The notes under the pieces: generated by a model | What the model saw: the letters and a program-made list of their open reading frames with translations, nothing else | Database searches by the model: none | What the model was told of the DNA's origin: nothing | Shown here: positions 47,662 to 57,885 of the stretch, piece after piece | How positions within the stretch are numbered: the first letter of the stretch is position 1 | Layout of the letters: each line of letters starts with the position of its first letter | Assembly (NCBI GenBank): GCA_964353135.1 | Contig: CAYGTV010000001.1 | Span: 151,138-215,137 of the forward strand | Direction of reading: 5' to 3' | Source: an uncultured Candidatus Saccharibacteria bacterium | GTDB taxonomy: Bacteria > Patescibacteriota > Minisyncoccia > Phycocordibacterales > UBA918 | DNA: 64,000 bases | Translations under genes and position numbers: made by a program

Positions 47662-48051
47662 TCATTGATTACCACTTCTGGGATTGAGCTGAGTTACTTC
47701 GTTGTGGATCCAGACCTCGCCGATTTGTTCCGTGCCTGCTGACGGGTCAGGATATAGACCCTCTAGAGCAAAAATACTGATTTCGTTTACGAGTGTCATG
47801 CAAATGTGGGAAAAGTCTTCAACATTTACAACACTTTCGGTTCCTCGCCATTCTCCTCGTGCGCTTCGTACGGCAACTAGTGAGAAGATGTACTGGTAAT
47901 AGGACTGGCTCCAATTGATTTTACCGATGAATGTAAACTTCAGGCATTTGATTTCGTACTCTTGACCTTCGAAAGCAGCTTCACCCTCATGAGGTGGTCG
48001 GTTATGAAGCCATGCGTCCAGCACGTCTTCTGGTATTTGTTCTTGATGCAT
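47662..48051 (-). CDS. Hypothetical protein (orphan cassette)
   Basis: AGGAGG SD before MHQEQ, TTGACT..TATATT promoter, hairpin at 47635-47657. Confidence 0.75.
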   Translation of the reverse strand: MHQEQIPEDVLDAWLHNRPPHEGEAAFEGQEYEIKCLKFTFIGKINWSQSYYQYIFSLVAVRSARGEWRGTESVVNVEDFSHICMTLVNEISIFALEGLYPDPSAGTEQIGEVWIHNEVTQLNPRSGNQ

Positions 48052-48118
48052 GACATCCTCCTCTGCGCAGACAATATATAAAAACTGATTTCTAGTCAAC
48101 AAATGCTACAATCGACAG

Positions 48119-48532
48119 ATGTTTTTACGGCGGCGAGTACGAATAGTTAAACGACGGCGGACTGGGCGCACCGTCACACTGGCTGAAAAGAATCATTACG
48201 CTGCGCACAAAGAAGCAGCTCGGACTCTGTGTCAGGCGCGACTTGAACATTTCAATCAGCATTACAATCTGCAGTACAACCGACTCTCAATCAAAAATAC
48301 CCGTAGTCGGTGGGGGAGTTGCTCATCAAAAAAGAATCTCAATTTTAACTATCGGATAGTGTTCCTGCCGGCCGAACTGCAGGATTATTTGATTGTGCAC
48401 GAACTGTGTCACCTACAAGAAATGAATCATGCTAAGCAATTTTGGGACCTGGTAGCAGAGCAAGTACCTGACTATGTAGAACGTATTAAGCAACTACGCT
48501 CAGTGGAATCAGAGGTGATGCAGTTGAAATAA
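48119..48532 (+). CDS. YgjP/DUF45 M48-like metallopeptidase
   Basis: SRWGSCS, DYLIVHELCHL.EMNH..FW. Confidence 0.9.
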   Translation: MFLRRRVRIVKRRRTGRTVTLAEKNHYAAHKEAARTLCQARLEHFNQHYNLQYNRLSIKNTRSRWGSCSSKKNLNFNYRIVFLPAELQDYLIVHELCHLQEMNHAKQFWDLVAEQVPDYVERIKQLRSVESEVMQLK

Positions 48533-48580
48533 ACTGTGTTTGCATGTGTACTAGTAGGTAATTAGTGTAATTAACTGCGT

Positions 48581-49897
48581 ATGGAATTTTTGAGTGGATT
48601 ATTGATGGTAATTAGTGGCTGGTTTGGGCTTGGTGCTGCTCAAGTAGACGAGATACCGATTGAACCAGCTGGTATGGTGGAAGAGGTTGCACAAGCTGTT
48701 GAACCAGAAATAGTCGAGCAATCTGCTGATACCACAGCCGCTCCAGCTGCGGCAGAGGGCGAGTCAGTAGTAGAACAATCCTCACCAGTGGAACAAATTA
48801 ACGAGAGTGAGTCAGCACCAGCTGACGCGATGGTCGCTTCTAGTCAGCCAGCTGTGCTGCCGGCTGACATTCGAACGATGATCGTTGCTGGGGGATGTTT
48901 CTGGTGTGTCGAGGCTGACCTAGAGAAAACCCCTGGTGTGATCGAAGTTGTCTCGGGCTACGGTGGAGGCACCACTGACAACCCAACGTACCGTAACTAT
49001 GGGAGTGGCGGGCATCGTGAGGTAGTGGAGGTTACCTACGACGCGAACCAGATTTCGTTTGAAGACATTTTGATTGTGACGCTCAAAACCACTGACCCGA
49101 CTGATGATGATGGAACGTTTAATGACCGTGGAGACAAATACTCATCCGCCTTTTACTACGAAACCGCAGCCCAAAAGACCATCATTGAAAACCTGATTGC
49201 AGAAGTTGATGCTAATGGTCCATATGACGCTCCACTCGCGATTGATGTGGAAGAGCGTCCACAGTTCTGGGTAGCCGAAGACAATCATCAGGATTACTAC
49301 AAAGGGGCATTGACCCAATTAAAATACCAATTTTACCGTAACGGCTCTGGACGCACTGCGTTTATTCAAAAGCACTGGGGGTCGGACACCAGTCCAAACC
49401 TACCGTGGCGAAATGAAACTAAAAACACAACTATGAATGACAACACCTATCCTTGGAGTAATTACTCAAAACCAGACAAAGAAACTTTGCGAACCACTAT
49501 GGACCCACTAGCATTTAAAGTGACACAAGAAGATGGAACGGAACGAGCGGGCACTAGTCCTTTGGATAAAATCTATGAGCCAGGGATTTACGTAGATGTG
49601 CTTTCTGGTGAACCTTTGTTTTCATCAAAGGATAAATTTGATTCGGGGACTGGTTGGCCATCGTTTGTAGCACCGATTACACCAGATGCCGTCACAGCCC
49701 ACGAGGACCGAAAACTGTTTAGTGTGAGGACTGAAACTCGTTCAGCCATCGCTGACAACCACCTCGGGCACGTGTTCAACGACGGTCCAGCTGATCGCGG
49801 GGGACTACGATACTGTATGAACGGTGTGGCGCTGCGGTTTGTTCCCGAAGCTGATATGGAAGTGGAGGGGTATGGAGACTTTATTCAGTATTTGTAG
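48581..49897 (+). CDS. msrAB: Exported bifunctional methionine sulfoxide reductase MsrA/B
   Basis: GGCFW, AED.HQDYY; SGTGWPSF, HLGHVF.DGP, RYCMN; N-terminal anchor. Confidence 0.93.
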   Translation: MEFLSGLLMVISGWFGLGAAQVDEIPIEPAGMVEEVAQAVEPEIVEQSADTTAAPAAAEGESVVEQSSPVEQINESESAPADAMVASSQPAVLPADIRTMIVAGGCFWCVEADLEKTPGVIEVVSGYGGGTTDNPTYRNYGSGGHREVVEVTYDANQISFEDILIVTLKTTDPTDDDGTFNDRGDKYSSAFYYETAAQKTIIENLIAEVDANGPYDAPLAIDVEERPQFWVAEDNHQDYYKGALTQLKYQFYRNGSGRTAFIQKHWGSDTSPNLPWRNETKNTTMNDNTYPWSNYSKPDKETLRTTMDPLAFKVTQEDGTERAGTSPLDKIYEPGIYVDVLSGEPLFSSKDKFDSGTGWPSFVAPITPDAVTAHEDRKLFSVRTETRSAIADNHLGHVFNDGPADRGGLRYCMNGVALRFVPEADMEVEGYGDFIQYL

Positions 49898-50218
49898 AAA
49901 AGACAGAAGATGGCCGGCGCTTTTGGGCGCCGGCCGTTTTTTTATTCCAGTACCGCTCGGTAGTTTTGTCTAGCTAGCCAAGCAAACAGCGGAATGCAGA
50001 CAGTCACAGTAATACCTGTTACAACTGTCAAATTGCTTACGTTGGTTATGGTGTGAAGTGTAAGGATTACACAGCTTACGAACCACAACAAGAACAAAAA
50101 GAGTTGGATATTTCGGACAAATGCTGACAATTTCGATACCTCCCCATAAATATAATCATACTATAACCCAGTTGTACTGTAGGAAAAAAGTTGGTGAACA
50201 GGTTATACTGTGCGTTAT

Positions 50219-51166
50219 ATGGAATTAACTCTTTTGGTGCAATCATTGGTAATTTTAGCTGGATCACTATTTGTGTTGGTCCGTGGAGCAGATTTATTTG
50301 TTGATGGAGCAAAACAAGTAGGGGCAGCGTTTGGAATGAGTAGCTTTGCAATCGGAGTGTTGATCGTGGGTCTAGGGACATCTGTACCCGAGTTGGCTTC
50401 ATCACTCGCTGCCGTAATGAACGGCACCACAGAGATCGTGATTGCCAACGTAGTTGGTTCAAACATTACCAACATTCTTTTGATTGTGGGAGTTCTGGCA
50501 CTAATGGGAGGTCCAATTATGGTTGGTAGAAACCTACTGACCACAGAACTACCGATTTTCTTCATCGCTACAGTTCATTTTGTAGCTAGTATGTATGACG
50601 GGGTAATTGACCAAGTTGAAGCCTTGCTGCTGGTTGGTACCCTGGTTGCTTATGTCTGGTATCTGCTATCATCCTCAGAACGCACTGAGCTTAGCGAAGA
50701 TGTTGAAGAACGAATGGGGGTGCAGATTAAATCAGTGGTATTTATTTTACTTGGTCTGACGGCTGTGCTGCTTGGTGCAAACTACACAGTTGAATCAGCA
50801 ATTACGATTGCGACTGGTCTGGCAGTACCAATCGGTTTGGTTTCGATTGCGGCTATTGCGATTGGTACGTCGTTACCAGAACTATTTGTTTCAATCCAGG
50901 CGGTTCGTAACAATGAAACTGATCTGGCGATTGGAAACATCTTTGGGTCCAACGCATTTAATATTTTAATGGTAGTTGGTATTCCTGGTCTGATTACGCC
51001 ACTAGTGGCTGATGTTGTGGTGATGGAGCTTGGTCTACTAATCCTTGTAGCATCCTCACTGATTCTGTTTGTAACTGGCCTAGCGCGCCAGATCCAAAAA
51101 TGGGAAGGAGTCATGATGCTACTCTTTTTCGCTTTCTTCTTGGTTAAATTGGTTGAATTTATTTAG
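50219..51166 (+). CDS. Calcium/sodium antiporter (YrbG-like)
   Basis: Two GTSxPEL...GSN alpha repeats. Confidence 0.92.
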   Translation: MELTLLVQSLVILAGSLFVLVRGADLFVDGAKQVGAAFGMSSFAIGVLIVGLGTSVPELASSLAAVMNGTTEIVIANVVGSNITNILLIVGVLALMGGPIMVGRNLLTTELPIFFIATVHFVASMYDGVIDQVEALLLVGTLVAYVWYLLSSSERTELSEDVEERMGVQIKSVVFILLGLTAVLLGANYTVESAITIATGLAVPIGLVSIAAIAIGTSLPELFVSIQAVRNNETDLAIGNIFGSNAFNILMVVGIPGLITPLVADVVVMELGLLILVASSLILFVTGLARQIQKWEGVMMLLFFAFFLVKLVEFI

Positions 51167-51168
51167 AA

Positions 51169-51873
51169 ATGATCGACTGGGAACAAGAATTGTTACTAAT
51201 CGATAAGCCAAAAGGAATCACCTCGTTTGATGTGATTCGCCGGCTGCGTCGGATGTATAGTGATACACACGGTGGAGAGAAAGCACCCAAACTTGGTCAT
51301 GCCGGGACGCTCGATCCACTCGCGACAGGTTTGATGTTGCTCGGCGTCGGCCAGGGGACCAAGAAACTAGGCGAGCTGATCAAGTTGGACAAAGAGTATA
51401 TAGCTGAAGTTCGGTTTGGTGAGACCAGGACAACTGGGGATTTGGAGGGTGAGATAATCGATGAGTGTGAGGTCATGGATACAGCTGATACTCTAGCAGC
51501 AAAGATTGCAAAGGTGTTGCCGTCAATGACTGGTACACATACCCTCCCGGTGTCTGCCTATAGTGCGATCAAGGTGGACGGTATTCCCATGTATAAAAGA
51601 GCCCGCAAAGCAGAGGTAACTGGTGATACAGTGATCAACATTCCGGTTCGTGAAATGACCGTGCATGAGGTAGAGCTGGTGGACGTTAGTGTGGGTGAAC
51701 ATCGTGGAGTGGCGACGATCCGGTTCCGTGTCGCATCAGGAACTTATATCCGATCATTGGCTGAAGAGTTGGGTAGAAAGCTGGGTTACCCAGCTACGCT
51801 CCAAAACCTACGCCGGACACAAGTAGGAGAGTTTCGAATCGAGGATGCGCATAAATTACAAGCCAAAAAATAA
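51169..51873 (+). CDS. truB: tRNA pseudouridine(55) synthase
   Basis: DKPKG.TS, GHAGTLDPLATG, SGTYIRSL, LRRT. Confidence 0.96.
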   Translation: MIDWEQELLLIDKPKGITSFDVIRRLRRMYSDTHGGEKAPKLGHAGTLDPLATGLMLLGVGQGTKKLGELIKLDKEYIAEVRFGETRTTGDLEGEIIDECEVMDTADTLAAKIAKVLPSMTGTHTLPVSAYSAIKVDGIPMYKRARKAEVTGDTVINIPVREMTVHEVELVDVSVGEHRGVATIRFRVASGTYIRSLAEELGRKLGYPATLQNLRRTQVGEFRIEDAHKLQAKK

Positions 51874-51924
51874 TCGTTGAGACAAGTGAAAAGGCCGCCG
51901 GTGTAAAACCTGGCGGCCTCTTTG

Positions 51925-52227
51925 TCAGCGCTCTTGGCGCTGTAGTTTGTACTGAAGGAACTCCGGTTTGACGACAAGTCTACCGATTTCTTCATGAGCT
52001 GATACCAAGCTTGCCAACACACCGCGCGTCTCTGGGATGTCTCCCCAAAGGTACAGATGCGTGTCAACCTTTGCACGTGTTATGCCATCATACTCATCAA
52101 CCCGTTGTTCAGCCAAAAACTCGTTTATTTCTGGGGTGTCAAATGCAACCCAGACTGTAAGCCTTTGCGGTGCGTGGTTGTCGTTAGCTGGACAAACGAA
52201 GGACTTTCTAGTTGCGTAAGTCGTCAT
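51925..52227 (-). CDS. Hypothetical protein
   Basis: 100-aa ORF, 4-nt overlap with the upstream ORF, terminator at 51889-51924. Confidence 0.65.
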   Translation of the reverse strand: MTTYATRKSFVCPANDNHAPQRLTVWVAFDTPEINEFLAEQRVDEYDGITRAKVDTHLYLWGDIPETRGVLASLVSAHEEIGRLVVKPEFLQYKLQRQER

Positions 52228-52493
52228 CCAAGCATCAGAATGCCGGCAGCGTCGATCGCTCTTTGCAGCTTTAGTTCAGCCGGCTTGTCGATGATGACTC
52301 CGTCTTTTGATCCAATTTTCACCAGACAGACTTCACTACCTTCACGGTCGCAGTCGAGCCAGGTGAAGCCAGACTCTTCAACTTCTTGTCGCATTGTAGC
52401 CATTGTTTGCATGTTGACAATGTCGTTTACTCGAACTTCGAGCACTGTGGTAGGGTGCTCACCTTGTGTGAGCAGTGTTGCCATTGGTTGCAT
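52224..52493 (-). CDS. Hypothetical protein
   Basis: 89-aa ORF coupled to 51925-52227. Confidence 0.65.
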   Translation of the reverse strand: MQPMATLLTQGEHPTTVLEVRVNDIVNMQTMATMRQEVEESGFTWLDCDREGSEVCLVKIGSKDGVIIDKPAELKLQRAIDAAGILMLG

Positions 52494-52613
52494 TTTTCAA
52501 ATCCTTGTTGCTCTGTGCGCCTCTCGCACATTTATATAAAAACACATATTTTATGCTATGTAAAGAAAAAGGCTCACGAGTGAGCCAGTATTTCTTCGTA
52601 GCAATATGTTTGA

Positions 52614-52982
52614 TTAGTCCTGAGAAAGATGAGAAAGCAAAGCCGCTGCACACTGTTGAAGCAAATCGTCTTCGATTTGCTTCATTGTTGCGTCTTGGGG
52701 GTCAAGTTCTGACACTTTTGGTTCCGAAAAGGGATCGACTATTGTATTGTCGTCACGTTGGTGCAGAAGAATTAACTTCAGTCCAGCACTAGTGAAGACG
52801 TAGCGATCTGTAACGTTATCCTCTCGTTCTTTTGTGCAACTGAAACCAGGTGGTAGTCCTGTTAGCTCGACAGGACCAAATACACTGCGTTCTGCGGTTG
52901 CTTCAAGCGCTGCAATTACTTCTTCGAAGCGCTCAACTTCTTCTCTTGGACTAGCAAACTTTGACAGTTCTTCATGTTTCAT
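52614..52982 (-). CDS. Hypothetical protein
   Basis: 122-aa ORF, GAGG SD. Confidence 0.7.
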   Translation of the reverse strand: MKHEELSKFASPREEVERFEEVIAALEATAERSVFGPVELTGLPPGFSCTKEREDNVTDRYVFTSAGLKLILLHQRDDNTIVDPFSEPKVSELDPQDATMKQIEDDLLQQCAAALLSHLSQD

Positions 52983-53002
52983 AGCATTACCTCATGATTA
53001 CA

Positions 53003-53458
53003 TTAGGAAAAAGTTGCCTCCACAGCCATTTTAACAACAGATCCATCCGCTTGTCCAGCTAGTTCTTTCATAACTGCACCAACGAGTATACCCATCTTGC
53101 TTTTGTCCTGGATTCCTAGTTCAGCTTTTTTAGCCTCCACGATTGGTGTGATTTCCGCAAGTGACATGAGAGTAGGGAGGTAGGTTTCGAGTACAGCCAG
53201 TTCTTCTTTTTCTGGGGCAGCGAGTTCATCACGCCCGGCTGCTTCGTACTGGGTGATGGATTCCTTGCGTTGCTTGGCCGCACGCTTAATAACCGCCAAG
53301 GTTTCCTCGTCAGTCAGGATGTCCTGCGGTGTTCGTCCGGTTGCTACCATCTCATTCATGAACATAGTAAGTAGGCCGCGTACTACGCGTAGTCGCACTG
53401 CTTCCTTGGCTTTCATAGCTTCTTTTAATTCTCCTTTAATACTTTCGTGTAGAGACAT
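53003..53458 (-). CDS. GatB/YqeY domain protein
   Basis: LKEAMKAK, KQRKESI.QY..AGR..LA..E..EL.VL..YLP, MG..., ADG. Confidence 0.92.
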   Translation of the reverse strand: MSLHESIKGELKEAMKAKEAVRLRVVRGLLTMFMNEMVATGRTPQDILTDEETLAVIKRAAKQRKESITQYEAAGRDELAAPEKEELAVLETYLPTLMSLAEITPIVEAKKAELGIQDKSKMGILVGAVMKELAGQADGSVVKMAVEATFS

Positions 53459-53516
53459 ATATAAATATTTATAAGTATAGTATAGCAAATCCCGGCCAGT
53501 TTGGCCGGGACGCCCT

Positions 53517-53915
53517 TTATAGTTTACTGATGATTTCTCGCATCATCTGTCGAATGTCGCGGCAACCGCATTCACATACCGACGTGGACTTAATTGAGAT
53601 TCTCAAAATGTCATTCTTTCGCCAGACTCTACCAGTAACCAGATCTTTGCAGTCATGAGTCTGGATGGCTTGTTCCACGGCAGTTTTCTCAGTATCGCTT
53701 AACTGTCGATTGAAGTAAGTGACCACGATGTTTCCACGTGTCCCTTCGACTGTCGACCGTTCAATTGCAAGTGCTGTAGAAAGCGGATTAATCCGTGGAG
53801 CCGTTATCGGCTTTACGGATCTGGGTTTTTTGACTGTTTCAACTATTACGTGGCTTGTTTTTCCTGTTCGAATATTTCCGCCATTGTGTATGGCAACCAT
53901 TGTCGGTTTTTTCAC
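53517..53915 (-). CDS. Hypothetical basic protein (orphan cassette)
   Basis: GTG start with GGGAG SD, TTGACA..TACATT promoter, hairpin at about 53490-53510. Confidence 0.7.
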   Translation of the reverse strand: MKKPTMVAIHNGGNIRTGKTSHVIVETVKKPRSVKPITAPRINPLSTALAIERSTVEGTRGNIVVTYFNRQLSDTEKTAVEQAIQTHDCKDLVTGRVWRKNDILRISIKSTSVCECGCRDIRQMMREIISKL

Positions 53916-54048
53916 GCTGCTCTCCCTCGTTGGTGTTGCATTTTGGAACTGTATCGTTTTTGCTTTTCAGCTCCGCTAATAAATGTACGCCGCCGATCAC
54001 GACTGTCAAATGACTAACCTGTGCATAGCGTGATAAAATGGCTGGCAT

Positions 54049-55131
54049 ATGGAATATCTACTGATTGCTCTGATTGCGCTACTGTTACTCGTAAACGTCT
54101 TTGTTGTCTATAAATTACTGCAGAAAAAGGAAGAGCCAGTCAAGGTGGATGACGGTAAGGAGCTACTACTCATGCAACGGATCGAGGAGTTGTCGCGTAC
54201 GGTTGATAGTCGTTTGTCCGAAACCAACAAAAACATGCAAGAGGGCAGTCGGGCCCAATTCCGTGAGTCACGGGAAATGATGGAAAACATCAACAAAGAA
54301 ATGAACGAGCAACTGCGCAATGTGGTCGCAAAAACCACTGAGGTAGGGGAGAGTAGTAAACAAGTATTTCAGGTGGCGGACCAACTGCGTGAATTGCAGG
54401 ATATACTCAAAAACCCAAAACAACGTGGAGTGCTGGGTGAATACTACCTGGAGACAGTTCTGCAAAACGTCCTCCCACCAGAGAGTTTCAAAATGCAGTA
54501 TGCGTTTAGCGATGGTGAGATCGTCGACGCGGCCGTGTTTGTAAAAAACAAAGTGATCCCGGTGGATAGTAAGTTCTCACTCGAGAACTACAACCGCTTT
54601 GCAACAGCGGCGGATGGCGAGGATAAGGTGAAATATGAAAAAGCGTTTGTAAATGACTTGAAACTACGAATTACTGAAACGGCCAAATACATCCGCCCGA
54701 GCGAAAAGACGACCGATTTTGCCTTTATGTTTATCCCGCACGAGGGGATCTACTATGACTTGCTGTCGAATAAAGTGGGGGCTGGTGAAGACAATCTGAT
54801 CCAACGGGCGGCTGGAAAGTACAAAGTGATCATTGTGTCACCCACCTCGTTCCTGGCGTACCTCCAGACGGTCCTGCAGGGCCTGAAGGCCATGGAGATC
54901 GAAGAAAAGGCTCAGGATATCATCAAGAACGTAGAAAAGCTCTCAGGGCATATCGCCAAGTACGAGGACTACTATCAGAAACTAGGTAACACGCTGGCCA
55001 CGACAGTGAACCATTACAACGCCGGCTACAAGGAACTAAACAAGATCGACAAGGATGTGACCAAGATCACAGGTGTTGTGGGTGGGGTAGATGTGCTGAC
55101 GATAGAGAAGCCACATAAAGAAGACGAGTAG
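54049..55131 (+). CDS. rmuC: DNA recombination protein RmuC
   Basis: K.RG.LGE..LE, PVDSKF, KYI.P..TTDFA.MF.P.E, VSPT. Confidence 0.92.
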   Translation: MEYLLIALIALLLLVNVFVVYKLLQKKEEPVKVDDGKELLLMQRIEELSRTVDSRLSETNKNMQEGSRAQFRESREMMENINKEMNEQLRNVVAKTTEVGESSKQVFQVADQLRELQDILKNPKQRGVLGEYYLETVLQNVLPPESFKMQYAFSDGEIVDAAVFVKNKVIPVDSKFSLENYNRFATAADGEDKVKYEKAFVNDLKLRITETAKYIRPSEKTTDFAFMFIPHEGIYYDLLSNKVGAGEDNLIQRAAGKYKVIIVSPTSFLAYLQTVLQGLKAMEIEEKAQDIIKNVEKLSGHIAKYEDYYQKLGNTLATTVNHYNAGYKELNKIDKDVTKITGVVGGVDVLTIEKPHKEDE

Positions 55132-55182
55132 CATAAAGGCCGCCTCCAGATGGGGCGGCCTTTGTTGGGGGGGGTCGGTCGG

Positions 55183-55287
55183 CTATTTCGAGCTTTTCTT
55201 CTCTTTGCGCAATTCGCGCTTGCGCTTCTTCGCTTCTGCGCGCTTATTGCGACGACGGCCAACTCCGGTTTTTTTCTTGCTCGGCAT
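55183..55287 (-). CDS. Small very basic protein, 34 aa (not in ORF track)
   Basis: MPSKKKTGVGRRRNKRAEAKKRKRELRKEKKSSK*; GGGAG SD, TTGCAA-N16-TATTTT promoter, terminator at 55135-55163. Confidence 0.7.
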   Translation of the reverse strand: MPSKKKTGVGRRRNKRAEAKKRKRELRKEKKSSK

Positions 55288-55390
55288 CAGGAACTCCCTT
55301 TTCTTGAGGTAGAGAGAAAAATAACACGATAGACTTACTTTGCAAAGAATCTATTGCAAAATACAAGCATTTCTGTATAATTCGCGCACT

Positions 55391-55720
55391 ATGAACACAA
55401 CTACTGAAACAAACACAGCTCCGTTTGCAGTTATCGCTACTGGCGGGAAGCAATACCTCGTACGAGAAGGTGACACCATCCTCGTAGAGCTTTTGGGTGA
55501 GCATCTAGAAGGCGATAAAATTGAATTTGACGCGCTTATGACTGACGATGGAAAATCAAGTAAAATTGGTACACCAATCGCAGGAAAAGTAGCTGCAACC
55601 TACCTAGGAGAAAAGAAAGGTAAAAAGCTAACTATCATCCGATACAAGGCGAAAAGTAACCGAGACCGGCGTCTAGGTCACCGACAACACTACGCCCAAG
55701 TAAAGATCGACAAGATCTAA
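55391..55720 (+). CDS. rplU: 50S ribosomal protein L21
   Basis: FAVIATGGKQYLV, GHRQ. Confidence 0.96.
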   Translation: MNTTTETNTAPFAVIATGGKQYLVREGDTILVELLGEHLEGDKIEFDALMTDDGKSSKIGTPIAGKVAATYLGEKKGKKLTIIRYKAKSNRDRRLGHRQHYAQVKIDKI

Positions 55721-55768
55721 CTAAAAGAATTCCGGCGCCATCGATAGATGGCGCCGGTTTTTGGTTTA

Positions 55769-56056
55769 TCATTTTACATGAACCATGTAGTAGCAAATCA
55801 GAACCTCCAGCAAAGTGTCATACAGCGGGTGTGCCGGAAGGATCTGTTCCTTCATGTTGATCTTTGCGGTGACAGCATCCATTTGAAACTCTGGTTCCTT
55901 GAAATAGAAATCTACAGCATTACTTCTGTTGATCCCGAGCAAGCGCTGTAAACATAAGTGGCATGATTTGACATGTGATACCCACTCGCCTGCATCTGCA
56001 AAAGCTTGTTTCGTGGTTTTCTCAGGAAGTATAAAAATGTGCGCGGGTTGCCCCAT
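55769..56056 (-). CDS. Hypothetical protein (orphan cassette)
   Basis: GGAG SD, TTGACT promoter right after the recR stop; HxxxCxxC motif. Confidence 0.7.
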   Translation of the reverse strand: MGQPAHIFILPEKTTKQAFADAGEWVSHVKSCHLCLQRLLGINRSNAVDFYFKEPEFQMDAVTAKINMKEQILPAHPLYDTLLEVLICYYMVHVK

Positions 56057-56120
56057 TGTACTCTCCAATCTTTTATTTTAGATTATATAAAAAGTACAAC
56101 TTCTAGTGTAAAAGTCAATA

Positions 56121-56732
56121 CTAAGCTCGGTTTTGCAAGGCGTTTTTGATTGTCTCGCTATCGGCGTATTCTAGTTCACTTCCGGTTGATAGTCCGCGAC
56201 CGAGGTATGAGATTTTAAGTCCTGCCTCGATCGCGTCTTTCAGGAATGATTCTACAAACCGTCCGGTATTTTCGCCGTCAGGGTTAACTGAAAAACCAAG
56301 AATTACCTCGCTTAGGCCCTCAGCTTGTCTCGCTATTACAGTAGCTTTGAGTGATCCACTGCGTAGTTTACTGTTTTCTGGAGCAGAGAGTAGGGGGACA
56401 GTACCACCCAATACGAAATATAGGCCGTCATACATACCAGCACGCTCAATGGCCTGAACATCACTGTCTCGCTCAACGACCAGTAGTTTATTTCGATCAC
56501 GGTTTTCAGCTGTACAAATACTGCACAGTTCCTCGGTTTGTCGTTTGGCAAAGTAGCGATGGCAACTCGTGCACTCGATCACGGTAGTGTGGGCGTTTTC
56601 GATCAGGTTAGCTAGCTTGCGTGAGTCCTCGACCTCCAGACGCAAAACATGAAAGGCAAATCGTTTAGCCTGGCGCCCACCGACACCAGGAAATTTTTCA
56701 AATGCTGTAATTAATTGATCAAGTGGGTTCAT
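56121..56732 (-). CDS. recR: Recombination mediator RecR
   Basis: PGVG...A.R, C4 zinc finger, VVE, GLSTGSELEYAD. Confidence 0.95.
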   Translation of the reverse strand: MNPLDQLITAFEKFPGVGGRQAKRFAFHVLRLEVEDSRKLANLIENAHTTVIECTSCHRYFAKRQTEELCSICTAENRDRNKLLVVERDSDVQAIERAGMYDGLYFVLGGTVPLLSAPENSKLRSGSLKATVIARQAEGLSEVILGFSVNPDGENTGRFVESFLKDAIEAGLKISYLGRGLSTGSELEYADSETIKNALQNRA

Positions 56733-56797
56733 GATGGAACGAATTATACAGGAAAATAAACAGGCCGCCCAAGTAATTAGTTTGAGCGGCCTGATAG

Positions 56798-57379
56798 TTA
56801 CTTGATGGTATGTGCAAATCCTTTTTCAACTGCTTCAGTTGCAGTCAAAAAAGTGTGTGCCTGTACCATCTGGTCCACAACTTCAATCGTTAGGCCGCTT
56901 TGCAGGCTGATGATTTCGTTGTAGATCCTGTCTTGATGGCTATCCATTACGCGCGCTTCTTCCATCTCCCGGTCTGTCATCTTTTCTTGCAGATAAAGTG
57001 CTCCTGGATGGATCAGAATCAGGCTGTTTCGCATGGCAGTTCGGTGCTCGCCGGCGAGAAAAATCGGCACAGCGGCCGAGTAGACCTTGCCAGCTGCGAC
57101 AGTATTCCATCCTTTGTTTGTGATCCAATCGTGCATCGCAGCACCGACATCTGGATCACCCCCACTAGATGTGACTATCAGTGTGACTGGTTGTCCAGTC
57201 TCACATCCTGCAAGCCATTCTTGTTCCAATGCTTTGAACGAATTCTCGTCGACCGAAGCGGAAAAGAGTAGTTCGCAAGTGTCTGTGCCACCTGGCTCAG
57301 CATCTTCGGCAAAAGTCATCGTGGTGAGGATGCACAACACCGCCAGTGCTCCGGTTGAGCGTTTCAGGATCATGTTCAT
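56798..57379 (-). CDS. ClpP/crotonase-like serine protease with signal peptide
   Basis: SSGGD, YSAA, LIHP, FLTATEAVEKGF; N-terminal hydrophobic signal. Confidence 0.75.
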   Translation of the reverse strand: MNMILKRSTGALAVLCILTTMTFAEDAEPGGTDTCELLFSASVDENSFKALEQEWLAGCETGQPVTLIVTSSGGDPDVGAAMHDWITNKGWNTVAAGKVYSAAVPIFLAGEHRTAMRNSLILIHPGALYLQEKMTDREMEEARVMDSHQDRIYNEIISLQSGLTIEVVDQMVQAHTFLTATEAVEKGFAHTIK

Positions 57380-57493
57380 ATAGGTACTCCTTTAAAATAA
57401 CCTGGCGATATAATACATCATTTTTATAAAAAGTCAATCATCATAGTTTAATACAAATAGTCGCGCATCTGCTGATGCGCGACCGATTTATCT

Positions 57494-57823
57494 TTATTGT
57501 AGTAATTCTGTTTTGAGCTCTTGGCTTCTCGTTCGAAGTAATTTCACCACTTGCCTGGCGTAGCGACGTAGTTGCTTGTGGCCTGGAATGTACGCGTCAC
57601 TGCCACCACCCAACCACTTAGGGCAGGCATGTCCGTGAGAGAATCCGTACTTAACCAAAAGTTTACGGTGAATTTCCGGTTGAGTTGTTTTAAGTGCAGT
57701 AAAGAGAATTTGAATCTCTATTTCACTTAAGCTATTTGGGTCGAACTGCTTAAACCTTTTAATGAAGGGTTTACATGATGCGATTGTAACCTCGATTTGA
57801 ATCGCCTTGGCTGATAGTTTCAT
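57494..57823 (-). CDS. Hypothetical basic protein (orphan cassette)
   Basis: AAGGGG SD, TTGACA 1 nt after the dnaB stop, hairpin downstream. Confidence 0.7.
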   Translation of the reverse strand: MKLSAKAIQIEVTIASCKPFIKRFKQFDPNSLSEIEIQILFTALKTTQPEIHRKLLVKYGFSHGHACPKWLGGGSDAYIPGHKQLRRYARQVVKLLRTRSQELKTELLQ

Positions 57824-57885
57824 TTTTACCCCTTGTTTTGATGAGCATTTAACTAAAAATAATGGGTAATCAGACAGATGTCAAA

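Noticed and set aside
55167-55174. G8 tract as a phase-variation site
   Set aside because: It lies between a stop codon and a terminator, so slippage would have no obvious effect
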